Shown: positions 1 to 29,263, counted from the stretch's first letter. The stretch: DNA of 64,000 nt from Tubulanus polymorphus (GCF_964204645.1 NC_134035.1:620001-684000), one strand, 5' to 3'. Notes: generated by a model from the letters alone, not told the origin. Numbers and translations are program-made.

Positions 1-894
1 AAACTTCTATTGATCATTTTCATCTATTCGAAAACAACTAACGAATTTAAACTGACGACAATAGACAACTTTAAAAATGAAATTCTATATGAAATGAAGC
101 TTCATCTAATTGGGTACTACTTGCACTAGATTACAATGTTTAAGGAAAAAATTATGAATAAATATCTAGAGAATTCAGCTTCTTTAAGATGTACAAAACT
201 TGTATAATTTTCTTAACACAAAAAATGAACGGCGTTGAGCATTTCAAAGCAAATTGCCCCCCCCCCAAAAAATGAAACAAAAAAACTTACCAACAACGAC
301 GACAAGAGATTGTTGGCGGCTGATAACCGTTAGACGACGGACAGTTAGAAATAGACTGACAAAATCGACACCAGTGTATAAGTTGCTTTTAGTCGAAGCC
401 GTTTCAATTATGGATTAGGACTGACGTATTACGGGCGTACATTATAGATGAACTGAAACGCGGCAAGAGTTTGGTAGATCTACGCAACGCGCCCCTCAAA
501 CTTCCCCGACGACATCAAATATTCACGAGGCTTTATGGAATTTTTAATGCGAACGCAATAATACCCGGAGAACGTAAGTGGATGGCGTCGTGAATTATGA
601 ATGAACCACTACAGGTTCCAGTTTATCAGCTTTTAGCTTTCAGAAAACAACGCGATGATGGCCGCGATATACTCATTATTGCATCATTTAGTAACGTCAA
701 TCGACGACGACGCCGCGCCCGACGACGGCCACCGGTAGATCGTATTAACATCGACAATGCGACCGGTGATTTTTGCGCCGACGCGATAGATTTCTATGGA
801 ACGATTTCGGTCAGCGTTTCAATAATTCAACGGACGCTGAAGTTTTCTAACTTGCGCAACGCGACGACGGGTATTGTCTCCGCGCGGAATCTAT

Positions 895-896
<2 letters not shown>

Positions 897-932
<36 letters not shown>
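897..932. repeat. (AT)n microsatellite
   Basis: Read directly from the sequence. Confidence 0.98.
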
Positions 933-934
<2 letters not shown>

Positions 935-1993
935 ACTTAAACAAAACGAAAAAAACCAAAAAAAAACTGAACTACACGAGCAACGAAACCAACGGTAATC
1001 GGAGAATCGGCGGAATATTCTCGTTACAATCAAAAAGACACCTCTCCTCGTTACAACCAATGACAAAGACTAATACCGTAAACGATCGCTGTACCAAAAA
1101 AAATCTATAGAGTTTCGAGCGTGAAAAATCTAAATATATAAAATCACGATTTTTTTTGCATATCCGAAATCGTATACGCATGTTTTTTTTTTTTCGTTTG
1201 ACGACATTAAATAAACTTCCCGCTCGAACAGTTTAACGTCATCTATAAACTGAGCTGAATAATGACTTTCAAACTCACTCTTAGTTTCACTAAAAACATG
1301 GTTTCAAGCTACGATTGATTTCGAAGATGATCGAACTGATGATAATGGCCACAATTTGACCCGGGTCGAACTGGCCTCCATCAGATAGAAGTCAAATGTC
1401 TAATGCGACAGCATTTACACATGTAAATCACTTACTCATTACTAAATTGCTATCAGAATGATGCTGCGGCAAGTGAAGTGAATCACTTCCAGAACCAGTT
1501 AGAATTCACACGAAATAATTTAACCCTTGGTAAAATGTGGCGCGACCCTAGTCCGACGTTTTCAGTCTGGCGCTGTCAATCAGGCACGGCGCCCATTTTA
1601 ACTATATCTGAACATTGATACGAACCGTGATACGTGGCTAAACAGGCTCTTGATGATTACATTGATTTATATAAGCCCGTTAAAAACCACAGTTGTGGGT
1701 TGAAAAAAACATAAAATCCAACATTGAACTAAAACATATCAAAAGTGGAAATATTTCGAGTGGTTCCAACCACCTTTCATCTAAAGGACTCGAAGAATGG
1801 AATAATTCTGCTCCGAATAAACGTTATAGCTCGATTAAAAATTTGTGGAATTTTGTGTTATGTTAAAGCAACGCGGATACTTGGATTTCAAATAAGTTCC
1901 AAGTCTAGTTCGAATCCATTGTGAGGTTATGTTAATCATTTGTTCAGAACGAGTATTTACCTTATATTAATATATTTCAGCGTGTAATAGTAT

Positions 1994-2218
1994 TTAGAAT
2001 CCGGGCGGAGGTTCTATATTGTCTGCGTTCAGTTCTTGTTGTTTCACTATATCCTGAGCTTCTCGTTGCATTCGCTCCAGTTTTTCCAGCGTCACGGATT
2101 TCAGCGGCATTAATTTCGGTTTACAGAGAACCGTAGACGGTACGTCCTCTTGGTAGAGCTGACCGTTTTTCGGTAAAACCTCCTTGAATTGGTTTTTATT
2201 CACCGTCGAGTCGGCCAT
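1994..2218 (-). CDS. BBIP1: BBSome-interacting protein 1 (BBIP10/BBS18), 74 aa, single coding exon
   Basis: Translation [41 protein letters not shown] matches the BBIP1 core (EVLPKxG...VLCKPKLxPLKSxTLEKLExM). A pyrimidine-rich AG acceptor lies at 2281-2282 on the minus strand, just upstream. Confidence 0.93.
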   Translation of the reverse strand: MADSTVNKNQFKEVLPKNGQLYQEDVPSTVLCKPKLMPLKSVTLEKLERMQREAQDIVKQQELNADNIEPPPGF

Positions 2219-2817
2219 CGCGTTAGTTTATAGGTTTTCAAACGCGACGCGAGTTTTAAATGCGAATATTCCGATCAAAGCTGCAAAGAAGAGAAAATTT
2301 CATTAAAATCCTACATAGGCCGAATTCTATGCGCAAGTATTATACGGGGTCCCTACAGATCGGTCATTCCTGGATATAAGGAGTTTTAAAAAGGAGACAA
2401 TTCCAAGCAAGTGTCTGCATCATTTCTAAATCCCAATAAGGAAACTTTAATCCACTACAATACCTAAACATGGTTTCTTATTCAGTATCCGCCGGTTAAA
2501 GAATTTGGTAAAACAAAATCCAGGTCCCAACTGTATCTAATTAGGCTTAGTCTACAGTGCAGATTTAAATTAGATTTAAACGTTTCCAAGATGGTGATAG
2601 TTTTATTTCAATTTTTTTGTTATCGCAATTATAAATCTAGTAAAATCTCCCAGCACACTGGGATACTGAATCATTTAGATGAGTCATTCAAATAAACACC
2701 AGGACTATGACGATTATACCGGGGAAGTCATTATCTGTCTGTTCTAATGCTGCGTTCAAATTACCAGTATTACGCAAATACAACATTGAGCTGTAGGACG
2801 ACTGGTCAATAGGACTA

Positions 2818-2895
2818 AATACTACTGGTCAACTGGTTAGCACGCTTGCTTTATATGTACGAGACCCGGGTTCAATAAGATCCCGGTGAGTGCGC
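2818..2895 (+). mobile_element. tRNA-derived SINE head or tRNA pseudogene
   Basis: A-box-like TGGTCAACTGG and T-arm-like CCGGG-TTCAATAAGAT-CCCGG with an oversized loop. The anticodon stem is imperfect. Confidence 0.55.
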
Positions 2896-4945
2896 GTTAA
2901 TTTCACTCTTGTTTGTTACATCAGTGGAAAACCTAAATTGAGTTTATCCTGAAGCGTGCGCAACAGCATAAATAATGCATACATTAATAATATGAATAAT
3001 TATAGAAGTAATACAAATCACGTGACGACAGTTGAGGAGGGTAGTATCAGTACACTAAGTGGGCTAGTTCTATCAGTCCACTAATGTGGGCTAGTTCTAT
3101 CAGTCTACTGGTTAGCATACTTTCTATGGTCTATCTGCGTAAATTCACTGGACTCGCTAATTAATTGTTAAGACTGGGAAGACTTAAATACAGACTACAT
3201 CAAGGCGCCACAGAGACCTCGCTTGCTAGCACTAGCTGAACTTGCTTTCTTAAACTCATTCATTTCATATTTCGAGGAAGCGTCTGCATCATTTTCATAT
3301 ACCCTACTGTAGATTCCTCCTAAATGGGAACTGTTTATCTCGGTAAGCCCACCTAAAGTCAGTTTCTAATTCAGTAACCTCCCAATTGGGTAAAAACAAA
3401 ATCCTGGTTCCAACTGTATCGATTCAGGCGCAGTTTACTGCACAATTACAAACTCTAGACAAACATTTCTAATTGCCTATTCTTCAAAATTGAAGTTTCA
3501 AACGAATTTCGGGCACTTTTTCAAATTAAAAGACTGAGTTTCGAGCACCTTTAAAAGCATTTTCCGATAAGGAATTTTTAAGGAATCAAAGAGTCGTAGG
3601 AGCACACAGCTATAGTGCCACCTTTAGGCTGTTCAAATTGTGTATTTATCATCAGAGAGCGTGCGTTCTGCAGCTGCCTGACTGACCTATCAATACACTT
3701 TTTATCATGAAATGTAAGACGAAATGATGCTTGACATACAATATTAATAACTAGGCTCACAGCGCGAGCAGCACATTTTCTAGGTGCCCTGAATCTATAC
3801 ATTTATTGCCCAAAGTAGCGTTTCGCAAAAAACGTTTTCATACTAAGCAATATGATGTATGAAAATCTATAAGAGGGGCAACAACAAGTCAGGGGTTCAC
3901 CCTAGGAGAACCCTGTAGACTTTTATAGATGACTCGTACCCGGGTCAACTTGTAGGTCAACTCATAGACCTACCCCATTTTCAGATTTAATTTAGGCCTA
4001 CATGACTTTGATCAACTTATACCCTGTTTGAGTTTTTGGGTTTCTTGACTCTTGCTGGTATTGTAAAAAGATTTTGAAATTAGGCCGAGCTAGCGCCCTA
4101 TTTCATGGAAAGCAAAAATATGTTCTAGACCGCACATATAATTCTTACCATATATATGTTAAATATGAAATACAGCCTTGAATCAAATTAAACCAGAAAA
4201 AAATAAGTTTCATTCATTAAGTAGATTAGAGGAGAAATAACTTGTCAAAAAATACATTCACAAAATACAGGCCTGTATAGCGAATTTGAGGAAAGAGTTA
4301 AAGAAAAAAATAGAGCAGAAAATTCAAGATGTTCTTCCTCTTCTCACTAAGGCTGCCTTTTCCAGAAAATACTCTTTAAAAAATAATTTTTTCTGCCTTC
4401 TCAAGTAAGAAGGGCATTTCACACAAGGCATATGTGACGTGTGGTACTCTGCTGAATCCACCACAAACAAAACTATGTACGTAGTGTTTTATCACAACCA
4501 TAATAACATAATTGAATTAACATCATCAATTTTAAGTAATAAAAATAGGCCTAATCGAAAAAGCTAACAGTTTTCGAAAAAAAACCATATAGGCTACTTT
4601 ACAGTACATGGTCTTCTACCCATCCACACATGTCATAGGCCTAAGTCGAGAGGACAGGTACAGCCAGGTTGAAGGAATGGTGGATAATTTGCCCGATGGC
4701 GACATAGGCTATCAATAAAATCATTTGTTGGTTTAGAGCAGAGGCCGTGAGAGGGTTATGAAGGTTTAACGTAAAGGGTTTAATAGGGGACGGGCAAACC
4801 GAAAGTTTGGAGACCCCGCAGAGCGTTATCCCTGTAAAAGAAAAGTATTCTTCACTTTAACTTCAAAGCAAAAATCATTAGGCCTATATACGACGACATG
4901 ATAAGATGAGTCTAAAGAACTGTGGAACACTGAACACCAACTCAC

Positions 4946-5030
4946 CTTAGAGTGGTTCTCTTTTTCCAGGGTATCTGACGTTTCACAGCAGAAAATCGAA
5001 CTGGCAGCTATTTATCGTTGCGCAGGACGT
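4946..5030 (-). other. Probable non-coding first exon of BBIP1 (5' end approximate)
   Basis: Minus-strand donor AAG|GTGAGT at 4946/4945 in a CpG-richer patch. It could splice to the acceptor at 2281 upstream of the BBIP1 ATG. Confidence 0.45.
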
Positions 5031-5074
5031 GCAGTACGTGTCATGCGAGGTTACCGGCTCGCATTACACCACTG

Positions 5075-5151
5075 TCATACTCGCTTGCCAGGGTTTGATA
5101 TCATACTCGCTTGCCAGGGTGTGATATCATACTCGCTTGCCAGTGTTTGAT
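5075..5151. repeat. Tandem repeat, 3 x 26 bp
   Basis: TCATACTCGCTTGCCAGGGT(T/G)TGATA at 5075, 5101 and 5127. Confidence 0.9.
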
Positions 5152-5878
5152 TGCCTCCAGCCGGAGCTCGCCTGGGAATGCCGCCAGATCTCGCTCACCG
5201 TCAAGTGCTGCCCCATGTGCATAACCGGGAAATTATTTCTCTAAAGAATTATCCTTTTTTATCGCAATTAGTGGAATATCTTTATTCATACATAACATAA
5301 CTCATTCTGTTCTCTCATTTTTGTTGTTACTAGTGTTATGAGTGTCCATTCCGTGAGTTTCTTTTGTCTAATGAGAGGAAAAGAAATCGGAAGTTATCGG
5401 GTGTACGCAGCTCGTTGCGGCATTGTATATACTGTAATCAAAATAATGATATGATATGTAAAATCGCAACTATCAAAATCTTCATGATGATTGGAATCTT
5501 ATTTACTTCACGTCTCAATCGGCTTCGACTCATCGTATCAAAAAACGCTCCGTAAGAAATGAAACACCATGCGTGGACAGTTGGTTTCGCGCCGACCTCT
5601 TGATGGGTCTGACTTCAAAATCGAGTCTACTAATGAATCAAATGATTGTAAGTAAAAATATTGGAAATAAAATTCACCGATTTAAGTAAAACAATAACGA
5701 ACAAATACGAGATTTTTACAAGCCGAGTGTTACTGTTAGTGTGTATATTTTATTTCCACAAACTGAGGCGCTTTAAATTTGACATCTTCGCGGCTTTATA
5801 TACTTAACCCGATATAGATACAACCTTATCCACTGCACTCAATAAATTACAAACTGGTGCGCGTTTCCCTCGCGATTT

Positions 5879-7393
5879 TCAACCCCAAATTTCCATCGTA
5901 AAATTATCGATAACAGTTTTTCTAGAAGCCGTAACGTGGTATAGAGTGTGCTTTTTTCTCAAAGCGACCTCGTCATTGGGCGACAGTGGTTGGAAATATA
6001 CGAGATTCTTGGGCTGGGTTGATTTGGATTTCATCTCAACATCGTTGATAAACGCGACACCATTTTGACATCTGACTGAAACCCACTGCGAGCCGGTGAC
6101 TATTGTTTTATCGATCGAATAGTTCATAAATTTCATCGAAGGCTTAAAACGGTAACATCCAGCCTCGTTACTAAAAAAATCACACAATGCCAATGGGTAA
6201 AGTTCACCGGTTTTAACGATTCTCACGATTCCTTTTTTTGAACTGGTGAAAAATGATACTGAGAAGTTTTTTATGTCAACTTTATTCGTCAAGTCGCCGA
6301 AACGAAGATTTATGTCACCAATCGATGATGCTGCAAGCGAAGTTTGGCTTGTATTGACACCTTCGACAATTTTAAGTTTGACTTTTTTGTTGCCATCATC
6401 CGCTGTCATGTTCACTCCTCCCTCGCCGAACACGATTCCTCGTTCGGCATCGACGTTTTCAAAATCAAAGAAGTATCGGAATTTACGCAGCATCGACGCT
6501 GGAAATAAAATTTTGGAAAATATAGGCCTACCTTCAAATCATCGCCCCCATTGAAATTCAAGGATTGGACGAAGGATCAAAAATAAAGTCATAACATCGA
6601 TCGAAACTCCTGATTACTGATAAATACTGATCAATTTCTTTCGCAGTTTCTCTGCAGATGTTAGTTCAGCGTGTGTAAAACAGTTATTCTTACTTTTTCT
6701 TCTTTTGTTCTCAAGATTCTTCAGTTTATTTATCTGAATTTAGAAGAATAGAGAGAAGGTCGTCATGGACTTCACCATGGCAGCTACGTACGTAGCTTTT
6801 GCAGAGCAACAAATATGTCATCGATCCACGCGGTCGCCACACACTCTTTTATTTCTGATATACGGTATAAATGAAATGCGCTTCAATCGTTTAAATTCTG
6901 TCTATAATGTGGTTTAAACTACGTATCCATCTCTTCGCCACGTCACGAGTGAGTGAAACCATGCATTGGCCGGACAAACTTCATTTTACTCAAACTCAAA
7001 TTTCGCTTTACATCGTCACATCATTTTGTATTTATATGAGAAATCATGCTTGAAAATTAGGTTGATTCTTACCTTGTAGTACTTGGTTTCACCGTCGGGA
7101 GTGCTGCACGCATCGTCCATGTTGACGTCATACAAGAAGCAATTTCCCTTTTCGAACGACATGGTCGAACAACTCTGATCATTCATACAATCAGCTCCAC
7201 ACTCGACGACGCTACGAACATTTCTGTTTGCGATCAGGCTTTCGTTGTTCGCCCAGTTTTGCGAGTTTCTCACGCTGTGTTTGTCGCCTATTGAACATTC
7301 AGGCAATCGAGTGAATTTCTGAAACCGGGTCTCAGTTACGACCTCAGCGGCGATCAGGCAGATAACAACCAGTGAAATGTAGTTTGCATTCAT
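5879..7393 (-). CDS. Uncharacterised secreted protein, ~326 aa: signal peptide + PAN/apple domain + basic linker + ~200-aa beta-rich C-terminal domain; exons 7393-7073, 6733-6694, 6498-5879
   Basis: GT-AG sites join the three exons in phase (0 then 1) into one ORF. The N-terminus is hydrophobic (MNANYISLVVICLIAA), and the pattern ECGADCMNDQSCSTMSFEKGNCFLY fits the PAN/apple CxxxC...C...C motif. Confidence 0.8.
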
Positions 7394-8406
7394 CGTGGTT
7401 GTTGATTTCCAGTTGAATGTTTGATGCATTTACAAAGAATGAAATGTAGATATACTCAAAATACTGGACCCACCCCTTGTTAACTTCATTCGATTGTAGC
7501 CGATTTTGCCAGGTACGATTGAGCGCCTGATTGGTTAATTTCGTTTGATGAAGCCAATAAGAAATGGCAGTCGGTTGCATGTCTTCAGGCTAACAGGAAA
7601 ATACACTTTTGTTTGGAAGTTCGTAAAAAAACGCCAAATATGAAAAAATATATCAGAATTTGTAATCACGGGTTTCATTCATTCAATTAATCCGTTTCAG
7701 CGCGAGAAAGGCCTCATATCTGTTATATAACTGTAGAACTCATCTTTCCCAGAGGGTTAAAACGCTTTTCTTCTGCAAAGACGACACATTTTTCGTCCCG
7801 TTTGTGAGAGCGTCTTAAACCCTACACCACACGCTTCGAATATCAAACACCACAATTCCGAAAATCTTATGAGTAGGGATCGATTTCAACATTCGTCCTT
7901 ATCTCAACTGGTTGGAATAGACTGCATGTTGTATTTTTATACGTATGACGATAAGATGCGGAAATTTTGTTACACAATTTTCGCTTCTGGCAACAACAGG
8001 ATTAATTACAACACGGAAAATGTCTGAATGTTGTGTAGTAATCATATTTGATCGTCAAATTATAACTCCACGATTGAATAGACAATTGATCGCTAGGGGG
8101 CTTTTCTGACAAAGGAAGGCTTTTCCACTATCTCAGTCACCTAACCTTTATCCGGGCTGGGAACTTCTGGCAGCCTAAATACACGTAAAGGGACAGTTAC
8201 GTAGTCATGGTTTTAGATCTAAGACCGAGAACTGTCACTGAGAATCTATCAGCATAAGGCGAGAACAACGAACAACAACTCGATATTTGTTGAAAATATT
8301 AGCAGTTGTAATAATAAGTTATCAATTAAATTCATTTAGTTCTTTTTATATCACATTTAGTAGTCGACAAAAGAATGGTGACTACCGGTTTACGGAATAA
8401 ATAATC

Positions 8407-8532
<126 letters not shown>

Positions 8533-9034
8533 ATATATATATTCGAGGTGGCATTTCTACAAATGATTCATACTTCAGAATAATACAGGATTTCAATATT
8601 GAGCCGGGTTTGTGGATGGTTATACATGTGAGGGCGGATTTAAGGGGGGTCCAGAGAGAGTGCCTTCCCAAAGAGGTTGCCCCCTTTACGTGCAGTGAAA
8701 GATCATTAATACCTGCAGATTTGACGCTCATCTTTCGGAAATGCATCTTTTCGGACCCTGCTAATGACCTTTGGCGGGACTGCTTTATCCAAGAAATGCA
8801 TTCTGTTTTCTGGACCCCGACCTTCCAATTTTCCTAGACCCACTATCCGCCCCTGGCAATACAAAATGTACATTGGATAAATAACATCGATACTAACATA
8901 TATGCATTATTTTTTTCGATAGCTGGCTTGCATTATAAGGCACAAACCATGTAGCTATATCATACATTTGACAGAGACATCATTACAATATCTAACATCT
9001 CTATTCTATACTAGCATTATCTATAGAAAAACTG

Positions 9035-9159
9035 GGCCTAGTTCAATAGTCAAGACTTAAGTCGAAAAGTAGTCTTAAATCTTAGGTTTGAGATTGGCTA
9101 TAGAACTAAGATGGTCTTAGTCGGGTCTTAAGTCTAAGCCTTGACTAGGGAACTGGGCA
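9035..9159. mobile_element. Harbinger-type MITE family A
   Basis: TIRs with CTG on both flanks. The internal GGTCTTAA/TTAAGACC repeats are shared with 43556-43693, 46007-46140 and 60510-60645. Confidence 0.7.
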
Positions 9160-10674
9160 CTGGGCCTAGTTCAATAGATAAAATTCAACTACATACTTGG
9201 AAATAAACTGATTTCCTGGGACCATGGGACCTGAATACTACAGCAACCTCATTCAACTGATGTATGATTCATACTACTGCTCTAGTAGACATTACCACAA
9301 CTCACAATAAATTAAAATGAATATAAGACAAGATATATAAGTAAATAAATAGGAATTATAGAAACCATCACCTAATGGTGGCTTTCACGTGACAACCGAC
9401 CGGTAGTCCACGTGCAATGATTCTTAAGTAGCCACAGCCGTGAACAAAACGATAACTCAACCTCAACTCAAACTATCAAAATGGAAAACAAACTAATGAA
9501 CAAGATCTAATTCTTAATAAATGCAAAACAATGACATTGTTAAAGCCTGACAAACGGACTTTAAGTATTTCCTGAATTTTAGAGACTTGAACTTTATCTA
9601 ATGACTCGATCGCTATAGAAAAGAGATTTCTAATAAAAAGTAAAACTGAAAATGAATTGACTTAGCGTTTGTTTTGCGAGGAGAATACTTGGATTCTTCA
9701 CTGAAAATGCTACATAAAAACAAATTCAACAATTTTCGTAAGTTTTTGTTACAACAACATTCATACTACTAACTATGGTATTCACTACATGTTCAACTAC
9801 CCCTGTATCCTCCTTTAGACCTTATGGATCTATTCATGTACAACAAAATGACACTTTCAAACATTATCAGATTAGTTCTAGAGGAGGCAGAAGAAAGACA
9901 GGTAGTCTACAATATCTACCAGCTGTTTTATGAATTGTTTCACCTATATTTCTAGCACATTGAATACATCGAATCACAGTTCATTTCATTACAACATGTT
10001 ACACGCCGATACGAAAGACATATAAACAATAATTTGTATGGTTGATTTTTAGGATGAAAGCCCTTCGTTGAAATATATTTCATCAAAATACACATTTAGG
10101 TAAGCATAGAGACAAATAGTGCTTTGAAAGTTAACTACATTCATTTGAAATACAAGCTTTCGTCACTAGTGTATAGAAGCTTTATCATTTACCAGATGAA
10201 GCTAGTTTCACCATTTGGGTATAGAAGCTTTATTAGTCTTACTTTATTATTCTTTACTTTACCAGCTACTTTTGCCACTAGTGTATATAAGCTATTATAC
10301 ACTAGTCGAGAAAGCTTGCACTTCAAATAAATCTAATAAACCTTCAAAATACTGATTCTAAACCAGGTATTAAACACTGCTAATCTACAACATCAACGTA
10401 TTGTGTATAATATATATTGGATTGTTCGATTTGTAGTTATTCAGTTTTTCCATTGAGCGACGAAAGTCAAAATAACGACTCCGCAAAAAATATTTAGCAA
10501 AGGATTAACAAACTAGTGTACTTTACATGTATATATAACAAGCAGTTTTAGTAGCAGTACGCGTATTATTGATTTGTGATCGCGGTGTAGATAAAACTTT
10601 ATGAAAATAACGCACATCGCTAGCAGAAAGACTCTTTATAAGACATACGCGTTATGAATCATCACATCTTCCGA

Positions 10675-26257
<15,583 letters not shown>

Positions 26258-27365
26258 TGTGCGACTGATTGTAATCTTTTAATGTCTACAGTTCAAACGT
26301 CCTATCCAAAACATACGAGTCATTGTTGTGCTGCATCTTATTTCAAGCATCTCCTGAAGGAAAAAAAAAAACACCTGTTGTAGCCAAGGCAATTGTTAGA
26401 AAAGCAAAGGTGACTTCAAAACCTTGCATTTAGCATCAGTAGTTCAGACGTTTTACCAGTGATCTCTACATACGTTACTGCATCTAAAACGCAATAGCAG
26501 GTTGTCGTAGATTTGGTTCGAATGATATTTCAATAATTGTCTCTTTAGTTTATTTAACAATCTATCTATAATTTAATCACTTTATTTTTCAGAGAGTACA
26601 CTATATATTCAACGCATTTGAGTTGTAATTTCTAGGGCTCGAATTCATTAGGACTGGATGATGCCTGGTCTGGTGGTTGGCTCTCTGGGGTCGGGTTGTC
26701 CTGTCTGTGCTGTGTGGGCTGTGGTGGTGGGGAGGAAACCGTCTGCACATTTCAGTATATTTTAAGACTTGAACATGAAATACTTTCTGGTGCATATAGC
26801 GGGAAAGTGACGGCCAAACTGACCTAATCTGTAGTTACACCTAATTCCTGAATTTTACTTACGAATGAAACGATTAAAAGTCTTCATCATTCTTTTCGTT
26901 TCCCATAAACATTTATTTTTTGACAAATCGTAAAATGCGTAAAGTTGCGTGATATTGACTGAATCCGGGAACAATTCAATTCAAAATATATTGACATTAC
27001 ATAATGGCAATTCAATTCAATTCAGTAACTGTCAAGCTACGATGACAAACTCTATGCTGCGACTCCGCGCTCTGCATCCGTCTTAAACCTCAACAAGTGT
27101 TGTGCTGATATTATAACCAGTGACTGTATGGTGCCTGCAAGGGACACATGTTTGTAAGTATCAGTTTTACTACTACTGTGATTTTAGAAAAGCTATAACT
27201 TTTTGAACTTGTTCAGACGAGTAAGTAGACAAGACACCCCCCTGACTAGTTAGTTACCTAATCGTTGGTGGTAAGCTTTTTATAATCGGATGGGCTGGTG
27301 AAAATATCCGATTGTGAAACTAAACCACAGACAGGTTGCTGACTACCCCCTGACCTGTTAATAAC

Positions 27366-27503
27366 ACTTGTCACAAGTGATAGTGAATGAATAAAACCAG
27401 CATCAGTGACCAACCCCACTATCCCTGTATGATAAAAAAACAGGGAATACTGGGGTTGGTCATTGATAGTGGTTTTATTCATTCACTATCAATTGTGACA
27501 AGT
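27366..27503. repeat. Near-perfect 138-bp hairpin between KIF21 and BMAL1
   Basis: ACTTGTCACAAGTGATAGTGAATGAATAAAACCA..TGACCAACCCCA..TCCCTGT pairs with ACAGGGA..TGGGGTTGGTCA..TGGTTTTATTCATTCACTATCAATTGTGACAAGT. Confidence 0.85.
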
Positions 27504-29109
27504 CCATGTGGTTAATAATAGTTGATACTAGTAGACCTGAAGTCGCTGCAAGCAACAGTATAACAAAGATGTCCTACTCACAACACAGAGGCTCGTTGTT
27601 GAAGTTTGTGGGCAATTACTGTAGCTTAGATCAAAAATCATTCAACAAAACAGGTGTTCAAATAGGTAATGCCGGATATAAAAACGTTGGTTTATTTAGA
27701 CTGCACAGTTTCACAGTATTCAGACCAAATTGAGTTATATATTCATAAGATTAAGAGAAATATCCAAAAAAAAATCAATGTCAGATGATTATGAATAGAC
27801 TATTTTAGCTGAACCGGTTCAATGGACGGCACATCGGTGCATTGGTTACGAGCGCCACCTCGCTCCTCCCCATCACTTAATCCCGAGTTCTGCCTGATTT
27901 GTTTACAAAACCGCTTTTATTGGCTGGGAGAATGTTTTAAATGTTCAAGTGACCCCCTATCAGTAACCTATGTGGTTTGATTTAAAGAATCGGATATTAT
28001 CACTACCTGAAGCGTTCACTATAGAGCCTACATCAGCGATCAGAACGCCCTGTAACAGGCTGTTAAACTGTTGTAAGTAACGACCTGTAATACAGTCTGG
28101 ATCTGCCCCTGGTAGGCTGATATATCTATACTGTATTAAGGGGAACACTGTAGTTTTTCGTAACCAGTTTGCACGGAATCTATTTGTTGTTTTGGTCATG
28201 ACACAGAGGAACAGTTTCCCATTGTAGAAATGATAATTCTATTTGGGGTCCAGGGTCAAACTTGACCTGAATTTAGGTCCTCAAAATTCCAGTAGATTCC
28301 TGATGTTGGCAGTAGATGGCATGTGTGTGTGTGTGTTCTGTGTTGTGTGGGATGTTTGACTTAAACCCAATTTGCACCCGATGAGATTCTATGATAATGA
28401 TAGAATTTCTTCGCTGAGCCTTTGGTATGAGGCTAACCAGCCTCTCTCAGGAACAAATTTCTCGACAAATATTTATTGTTAGGCATGGATCTATGATCCA
28501 GGAGTAGAGGGGCATGTCGAGAAAGGGTAGGCCTAAGACATTCCCCAGGCTTATGGAAGGAAACATTGCTTGAGATTTAAGTGGAAAAGTCAATTGAGAT
28601 TTCATTAAGCTGACATTTAAGGAGTCTATCGAATTTAGGAGGGGTATACCAGCCCCTGTGAAACAGCCACTCTCAGTACAGAGTTCCTGGCTTAGCTTTA
28701 GGATCCTGGAATAGAGAGGCATGTTGAGAAAGGGTTAGACATTCTCCCGGCATCACTGCCCTTTGTTTAATCCTATTAGTCTCATCACTGGGCAATTGTC
28801 ACCTACAATCTACAATCCGTGTCGTAACAGCAGGGTTTCCAGGCTCCTGGAGGGATGCATGCTGGTATTACGTCATGTTCGTAGCCTAACGTTTTAGCAC
28901 ATTCTAGAAGAGATGAGTACAATGCGGGCGAGAGAGATGTTGTGTTTTTATTGACAGCTGGAAAGATGTGAACCTTGAGCTTCTATATCTAGTTGAATGC
29001 ATCACGTCGTCGCTCTCGGTTACAGGGGGGCCTGAGTAGGAGTAATTGAACTGCGCGGTCGATCGTTGATTGAATTGACATTGCGCGATTGTGCACTTAA
29101 CCTGATGAA

Positions 29110-29150
29110 TATAAAAGGTGCGATCGAGAAAATGACAGATTTAATCAGTT
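29110..29150 (+). promoter_or_regulatory. Candidate core promoter of BMAL1 (TATAAAAG plus Inr-like TCAGTT)
   Basis: TATAAAAG at 29110-29117 and TCAGTT at 29145-29150 sit in a CpG-rich patch, followed by donor-like sites near 29361 and 29393. The TATA-Inr spacing is a few nt longer than canonical. Confidence 0.35.
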
Positions 29151-29226
29151 TTAGTCGTGGATATTCCGGCGGAACTAATTAACGCCTCTCGGAAGTGCGA
29201 ATCGAAGGCTGCTGACTTCGTATCGA

Positions 29227-29227
<1 letters not shown>

Positions 29228-29263
<36 letters not shown>

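Noticed and set aside
597-1181. Overlapping ORFs with IYIYIY runs (also 8405-8746)
   Set aside because: They stay open only because (AT)n has no stop codons, and they show no protein-like content.
2818-2895. Functional tRNA gene
   Set aside because: The T-loop is oversized, the anticodon and acceptor stems are broken, and a related degenerate copy exists at 22.7 kb. A SINE head or pseudogene fits better.
28440-28760. Possible Penelope GIY-YIG remnant (FKESIEFRR) with a ~40-bp direct repeat
   Set aside because: The similarity covers only a few residues between stop codons and cannot be supported without a profile search.
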